DNA of 64,000 nt, taken from contig JAQBVF010000015.1 in NCBI GenBank assembly GCA_027623675.1, positions 1-64,000 on the forward strand, written 5' to 3'. The notes under the pieces are model-generated. The model was not told where the DNA came from, did not search any database, and saw nothing but the letters and a program-made list of their open reading frames with translations. This document shows, in pieces, positions 58,428 to 64,000 of the stretch. The DNA is from Chloroflexota bacterium. GTDB taxonomy: Bacteria > Chloroflexota > Dehalococcoidia > Lucifugimonadales > UBA3495. Position 1 is the first letter of the stretch; each line of letters begins with the position of its first letter. A program made the position numbers and the translations under genes.

Positions 58428-58981
58428 ATCGGAGCTAAAAGGCTGATCTTGGGCGTGGGGCGGGCCACACGGCCCGGGCAAAAGGTACCATTCGTCTCTG
58501 TTGCCCTCATACCGGCGGATATACAGTATTGATGTCAGGGGAAATGAGCGGACAGGACCGGACCGACGCACCCATCATGGCAGGCGAAACCCGGACTGGT
58601 CCGAGACCCTAGTACGGCACAACAACGTGGAAAGCCTCATTCACACGGCAAATCGGGATTGTCCAGCCCGTGTCAGGGCGGCATCCATCAGGAGGTGAAA
58701 ACGGTCCGAAAATACATATTGGATCATGCTTGGAAGTTCCCGTCTGCGGCCCCTACGGCCGTAAAAGTAGAGGAACTAGAAGCTATACCTGCCAGGTGGG
58801 GGCGGCAAGCCCATCGGCTCTTAAATTGACATAATTAAAACCCAATAACCGTCAGCTTCGCCTGCCCAACAGCGATTTAGCGAATCAGCAGGAGGAAAAG
58901 GTTAAGCGAACACGGTGGGTTCATCCGGTAGTGCATGCCGGCGAGACAAAAGGGGCTGTGTTATACCATCTGGTAACTAAG

Positions 58982-59017
58982 AGGCCAGGGGATCAATCAA
59001 GATAGCCTGGCCTTTTT
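58982..59017 (+). terminator. Intrinsic terminator within the long intergenic region
   Basis: AGGCCAGG...CCTGGCC-TTTTT. Confidence 0.6.
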
Positions 59018-59386
59018 CGTTGTTTGATTCCAGTCCGCGGATACGCGAATCGCCCCCTGGGGGTTGGCCGGGCTATCTTAGCCGGTTGCCCGGATATCCA
59101 AGCCGGCTTTGTCCGAGTGCCGCACTAGGCGGTGGTCAATGGCCAGGACCCCTTGCCAAGTTGGGTCCCCTTTGACTTATACCAGTACCGCATCGCCTGG
59201 GCGTCGGCCTCCTTGGCTCAGAATGGGTCAATATCAAACTGAGATTCCCGAATCATGAGAATTTGCCATGATTGGGATTACCTCGGTATGACCCAGGCAT
59301 CCAAGTCCGGGCGTTTCTGGGAGGAAAAGCGGGGGCATCAGTGGTCTCGGGGCATACTCACCGCAGGTGCGGACGGGTCCCGGCAT

Positions 59387-60250
59387 CTACTCCGGAGACT
59401 GGCTGTGGATGACCAAGACGCGGTCCAGGTGGGCCAGGTCTTGTTCGACGCTGGTGGCGCCCTCGGGGAAATGCTGCAACGCCAATCCTTGGACCACCGG
59501 GACCTGTTCCGGGTCCAGTTCCAAGAGGATGATGCCGTGGTCCTTGAGCTTGTCTTCAGACTGGATCAGCAGACGGCGGACCAAGTCCAGGCCATCCGGT
59601 CCACCGTCCAGGGCCAACAGCGGTTCTTTCTGGACCTCTGGCTGCAGGGTCGGTATCCGGCCGGTGGGGATGTAGGGCAGGTTGGCCACGATGAGGTCTA
59701 CCGGCTCCGGCACTGCGTCCAACAGGTCACCGATGGCCAGGGTCACCCGGTCGGCCACGCCGTGTCCCCTGATGTTGTAAGCGGCCACATCCAGCGCCGC
59801 GTCGGATACGTCGACGGCGAAGATCCTGGCGGCGGGCAGGTGAATGGCCAGGTTGATGGCTATCGCGCCGGTGCCGGTGCCAACATCGGCGATCACCAAG
59901 TCCCGGGATTCCATGCCCATCATGGCCATGAATAGGGCATGCTCCACCAGGCCCTCGGTTTCCGGGCGGGGTATCAGGACCGACGGGTTTACAACCACAC
60001 TGATGCCGTAGAACTCGCGCTGCCCCAGGATATAGGCCAGTGGCTCCCGCTCGAGCCGGCGCGCCAGCAGTTGTTCCAGGCCGGCTTGCTGTTGCCCGGA
60101 AACCTCGGACTCCTGTTCGGCGAACAGGCTCTGCCTCGGCATGCGCATCACGGTCATCACCATCACTTCGGCCTCAAGGCGGGCGTCGGGGATCCCAGCC
60201 GATTCCAGTCTCTGGTGGGTGTCTTGAATCACGTTGCGGAGGATCGCCAT
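59387..60250 (-). CDS. prmC: Release factor glutamine methyltransferase PrmC/HemK
   Basis: EPLAYILG.REFYG, VLIPRPETE, DVGTGTG, ANLPY, ALDGG.DGL; follows prfA. Confidence 0.95.
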   Translation of the reverse strand: MAILRNVIQDTHQRLESAGIPDARLEAEVMVMTVMRMPRQSLFAEQESEVSGQQQAGLEQLLARRLEREPLAYILGQREFYGISVVVNPSVLIPRPETEGLVEHALFMAMMGMESRDLVIADVGTGTGAIAINLAIHLPAARIFAVDVSDAALDVAAYNIRGHGVADRVTLAIGDLLDAVPEPVDLIVANLPYIPTGRIPTLQPEVQKEPLLALDGGPDGLDLVRRLLIQSEDKLKDHGIILLELDPEQVPVVQGLALQHFPEGATSVEQDLAHLDRVLVIHSQSPE

Positions 60251-60377
60251 TGGCGGCTTTATATCCTAAGTCGTCGAATCGAATGGGTTGCGCTCGAAAG
60301 GTAAAACGGGGCCAAACGCCGCGCCGAACGATATCGCCGTGTCAAGGATCAACGCCCTGCTGGGCTTGTGCTGGGAG

Positions 60378-61457
60378 TTAGGCGGTGGCATCGGCCAGGA
60401 GTCGTTCCTCTTCCCAGGCGCTTAGCTTGTCGAACATGTCTTCCAGACCGCCCGCCATCAGCCGGGGAATGTCGTGGAAGTTCTCGTTGCTGCGGTGGTC
60501 GGTCACCCGGTCTTGCGGGTAGTTGTAGGTGCGAATCTTCTCCGACCGCTCGGCCCCGGCAACCTGGGAACGCCGTGTCTCGCTCAACTCGGCATCCTTC
60601 CGGATCTGCTCCGCCTCGTACAACCTGGACCTGAGCATCGACATGGCCCGCTGCTTGTTCTTGTGCTGGGAACGCTCGTCCTGGCAGACTACCGTCAGGC
60701 CGGAAGGTTCGTGGACGATGCGCACGGCCGTGGCCACTTTGTTGACGTTCTGACCGCCGTGGCCGCCGGCATGGAAGATATCGATGCGGAGGTCGTTGGG
60801 GTCGACCTTCACTTCAACTTCGTCGACCACTGGTAGCACAACCACCGTGGCGGTTGATGTGTGGATGCGGCCCTGAGTTTCGGTGTTGGGGATGCGCTGA
60901 ACGCGGTGAACGCCGCTTTCAAACTTCATCCGGCTGAAAACGCCTTTGCCTTCGATCTGGAAGACAATCTTGTTGAACCCACCCACCTCAGTGGAGTTGG
61001 AGTCCATCACATCCACGGACCAACCCTGGTTCACCGCGTAGCGGGAATAGGCCCGGTAGAGATCGGCCGCGAATATCCCGGCCTCAGCCCCACCGGTGCC
61101 GGCGCGAATCTCCACGATCACGTCCCGCTCGTCATTGGGGTTCTTGGGGAGCAGGGCCAGCCGCAGCGTCTGGGACAGCTGTTCCAGCTTGGCCTGGGCC
61201 TCTTCCAGTTCTTCCTTGGCCATCAGGACCAGCTCAGGGTCGGAACCGTCGCGGACGAGCGACTGCAGGTCCTCGATCTCCTCTACTAAACCTCGGTAGC
61301 GGCCGCCGATATCGACCAGGTTCTCCAGAGAAGCCCGTTCTTTGGCCAACTCTTGGACACGTTCGAAATCGGCCGCGACCTCAGGGTCTCCCATGGATTC
61401 TTCAATCTCATGGTAGCGGCGAATAACGGGGTCGAGTTTGTCCAGCATGGTGACCAT
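60378..61457 (-). CDS. prfA: Peptide chain release factor 1
   Basis: EIRAGTGG, ESGVHRVQRIPNTE (PxT motif of RF1), GGQNVNK, RTYNYPQ.RVTDHR. Confidence 0.96.
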   Translation of the reverse strand: MVTMLDKLDPVIRRYHEIEESMGDPEVAADFERVQELAKERASLENLVDIGGRYRGLVEEIEDLQSLVRDGSDPELVLMAKEELEEAQAKLEQLSQTLRLALLPKNPNDERDVIVEIRAGTGGAEAGIFAADLYRAYSRYAVNQGWSVDVMDSNSTEVGGFNKIVFQIEGKGVFSRMKFESGVHRVQRIPNTETQGRIHTSTATVVVLPVVDEVEVKVDPNDLRIDIFHAGGHGGQNVNKVATAVRIVHEPSGLTVVCQDERSQHKNKQRAMSMLRSRLYEAEQIRKDAELSETRRSQVAGAERSEKIRTYNYPQDRVTDHRSNENFHDIPRLMAGGLEDMFDKLSAWEEERLLADATA

Positions 61458-61637
61458 CGTTGATACTCATGAGCGGTAAATATAGCCCGAACCGGTGTGT
61501 CGAATACCGCCAACTTGACCCTAGTCTACCCCACGGGTAAAGGAGAAACAAGCTCGATAGCGTGTTAGACCAGGCGGAATCGACGCGCGATTCCGGTAAA
61601 ACTTGGGGCCTTGATAATGGATGTCCCCTCGACAGAA

Positions 61638-62357
61638 CTAGCCCCGTTTCACGCCCCAATGCAAGGCCACCGTGCCGAAACCAAGACGCCGGTACCCGAC
61701 TTCGTCGAGGCCCGATACGGAGAGCAATTCGGCCAGGCGGTCGGCATCCAAGAAATGGTCCACCGACTTGGGGAGATAGGAATAGGCGGCCCGCTCCCCC
61801 GCAACCAACCGTCCGATGAACGGCACCAGACCGTGGAACAAGGGCCGGAACATGGTGGAACGAAGACCCTTGGGCATCGGCGACAACTCCAAGATGGCCA
61901 CCCGCCCCCCGGGTTGGACCACGCGGACCATTTCCGCCAATGCCGCCCCCACGTCGGGCATGTTTCTAAGGCTGAACCCGGCGGTGGCGCAGGCAAAGCT
62001 GCCCGAGGCGAAGGGTAGGGAGAGGGCGTCACCGGTCATCATGGTAACCGAGCCTGACAAGCCTTGGGCCTTTGCCTTGGCGGCGGCCCGCGAGACCATG
62101 CTCTGCAGTAGGTCCAAGCCCACGGTCCGGTCAACCTCCGGTCGGCGGGCCAGGGCCAAAGCCAGGTCGCCGGTCCCGCTGGAGACATCGATGGCCGGGC
62201 CGCTCAGGCCACGGGCCGCCAGCGCCGCGGTCCGGCGTTTCCAGCGCCGGTGCATGCCCAGCGTCATCAGGTCGTTCATCAGGTCATAGCGGCCCGATAT
62301 ACGGGAGAAAAGATCGGCTACGTACTTCTGCTTCTCAGCGCCCTGTAGTTCAGCCAT
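61638..62357 (-). CDS. menG: Demethylmenaquinone methyltransferase MenG/UbiE
   Basis: F..I..RYDLMNDLMT.G.H..W, GTGDLA, GDAL.LPF, LRN, AY.YLP.S. Confidence 0.9.
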   Translation of the reverse strand: MAELQGAEKQKYVADLFSRISGRYDLMNDLMTLGMHRRWKRRTAALAARGLSGPAIDVSSGTGDLALALARRPEVDRTVGLDLLQSMVSRAAAKAKAQGLSGSVTMMTGDALSLPFASGSFACATAGFSLRNMPDVGAALAEMVRVVQPGGRVAILELSPMPKGLRSTMFRPLFHGLVPFIGRLVAGERAAYSYLPKSVDHFLDADRLAELLSVSGLDEVGYRRLGFGTVALHWGVKRG

Positions 62358-62387
62358 GCCGAGTCGACCAGTTGCTCAAGCCGGTGG

Positions 62388-62990
62388 TCACGTGGCCGGG
62401 CCGGTGTATCGCATATCTTCGGGCATCTCCGGCTGCAGGCCCAGAGACACGAAGATACGGGCGACCACGAAATCGACTATGTCGTCGATGCCCTTGGGCT
62501 GCAGATAAAAGGCCGGTTCAGGCGGAACGATAACAGCGCCCATCTGGCTGAGGGTAAGCATGTTCTGTAGATGGATGCTGTGCAGCGGTGTCTCCCTGGG
62601 GACCAGAACTAGAGAGCGCCGTTCCTTCAGACAAACGTCGGCGGCGCGTAGGAGCAGGTTGCCGGACATGCCATTGGCCAGGGAGGCGATGCTGTTCATG
62701 CTGGCGGGCACGATGACCATCCCTGCCGTGGGGTAGGTGCCGCTGGCAACAGGCGCTCTAAGGTCGTTGATGGCGTAATGGGTAAAGCTCGGGTGCTCCT
62801 GCCATTCGATCAGTTTGTCGTTGAAGTTCTCCCCGATCTCTTCCTGCCAGACCAGCCGGGCGGCGTTGGAGCACAGCGCCACGGTCGGAATGTCCTGCCG
62901 CAGCAGGGCATCCACCGTCGCCCTGGCCATCACCGCTCCGCTGGCGCCGGTGATTCCCACGATAACCGGCCTGGACGCCGAGCCACTCAC
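62388..62990 (-). CDS. ubiX: Flavin prenyltransferase UbiX
   Basis: VGITGASG, ASGT, P.SM, RAADV.LKERR, PRETP, PAFY. Confidence 0.93.
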   Translation of the reverse strand: MSGSASRPVIVGITGASGAVMARATVDALLRQDIPTVALCSNAARLVWQEEIGENFNDKLIEWQEHPSFTHYAINDLRAPVASGTYPTAGMVIVPASMNSIASLANGMSGNLLLRAADVCLKERRSLVLVPRETPLHSIHLQNMLTLSQMGAVIVPPEPAFYLQPKGIDDIVDFVVARIFVSLGLQPEMPEDMRYTGPAT

Positions 62991-63877
62991 AGCGCTATCG
63001 CCAGGATGGTGAATAACAACAATACCAATGAGATGACGCTGTTGTACTGGAACAATGGCGACCTAAGTTTGGAGAGATCGTCGGCCCGGACCAGGCTGTT
63101 TTCCAGGGCCAATAGGCCGACGGCGATGGCCCAGCCGATGAAGTAATAGAAGGAAAGGTCCATCCAGATTCCCAGCGCCAGCAGGGCGGCGGCGGCCCCA
63201 ATGTGCATCACTTTGGTGGTCCACAGGGCCGCGGAGATGCCAAACCGCTTGGGCAGGGAATAGATGCCGTACGAGCGGTCGAACTCGATATCGGCGCAGC
63301 CGTAGATCACGTCGAAACCTCCCGCCCACAGGGCAACAGCCAGCGACAATAACACCGGTTCCGGGTCGAGCCTGCCGTTGACCGCGATCCACGCCGCCGA
63401 GGGCGATATGGCCAGGGCCGAGCCCAAGACGAAATGGCAGGCCCAGGTGTGATACTTGGCTAAGGAGTAAAGCACCACGTAGGCGGCGGCTACCGGCGCC
63501 AGGGCCAGGGCCAAGCCGTTCAACTGGAAGGCGGCGTAGAAGAACACCCCCGTGCCAATCACCATCAGGCCAAACACTTCCCACGCTTTCAAAAGGCCCG
63601 CGGGCAGGTGGCGGCTGGCGGTGCGGGGATTGGCTACATCTTCCTTGCGGTGGAGAAACCGGTTGGCAGACATTCCCAGCGTCCTGACCCCGCTGAGGGC
63701 CACGGTGATCCAGATGAAGACGCTCCAGCCAGGCCAACCGTCGGCGGCCAGCACCATGCCCATGAAGCAGAAGGGCAGGGCGTAGAGCGACTCCCAGATG
63801 CGGATGGTCACCAGGTACCGGGGCACTCTGGTGGCAATGACCGAGGCGGGGGTTTTTATGGCGTTGACGGCCGACAT
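62987..63877 (-). CDS. ubiA: UbiA-family prenyltransferase (MqnP-like)
   Basis: ALPF, M..NR...D..NPRT..R.LP.G, YS..K, W..GFD.IY...D..FD, SLP..FG. Confidence 0.88.
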   Translation of the reverse strand: MSAVNAIKTPASVIATRVPRYLVTIRIWESLYALPFCFMGMVLAADGWPGWSVFIWITVALSGVRTLGMSANRFLHRKEDVANPRTASRHLPAGLLKAWEVFGLMVIGTGVFFYAAFQLNGLALALAPVAAAYVVLYSLAKYHTWACHFVLGSALAISPSAAWIAVNGRLDPEPVLLSLAVALWAGGFDVIYGCADIEFDRSYGIYSLPKRFGISAALWTTKVMHIGAAAALLALGIWMDLSFYYFIGWAIAVGLLALENSLVRADDLSKLRSPLFQYNSVISLVLLLFTILAIAL

Positions 63878-64000
63878 GTTCAATATCTTCTCACAGCCGG
63901 GCGTCCGGTGGCGCCTGAATGGGCGGTATCTTGGGGATTGGCATGGTGCGGGGTGGCGTCATGGCGAACAGTTACGGCGAACAGGTTCATAGAGGATCAG

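Overview
GC-rich bacterial chromosomal window with about 55 protein genes and two tRNAs (His-GTG, Arg-TCG). I saw no rRNA, CRISPR array, integrase or transposase. The gene content suggests a Chloroflexota (SAR202/Dehalococcoidia-like) genome, which is inference only: F420 biosynthesis (cofGHDC plus a distant cofE), an LLM oxidoreductase, futalosine-type menaquinone genes, a Mo-hydroxylase and paralogous dienelactone hydrolases. Housekeeping genes include fabI, fbp, a class I aldolase, aspS, lhr, hisA, hisH, dinB, prfA and prmC. Main points of interest: (1) a two-gene, non-cellulolytic cohesin-dockerin surface system (50871-54340), made of a membrane-anchored two-cohesin scaffold and a LecA-like lectin/cohesin/dockerin partner; (2) a thioredoxin-NHL (NHLRC2/SOQ1-like) gene that the ORF track truncates, with an in-frame TGA at the redox Cys position followed by a SECIS-like hairpin, so a probable selenoprotein (56943-58427); (3) a MYXO-CTERM-like sorting tail on a secreted metallopeptidase; (4) a DUF1326/DUF2182 pair divergent from a non-CODH Mo-hydroxylase; (5) degenerate REP-like palindromes near a small GIY-YIG gene. 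All family calls come from motif recognition by eye; no searches were run.
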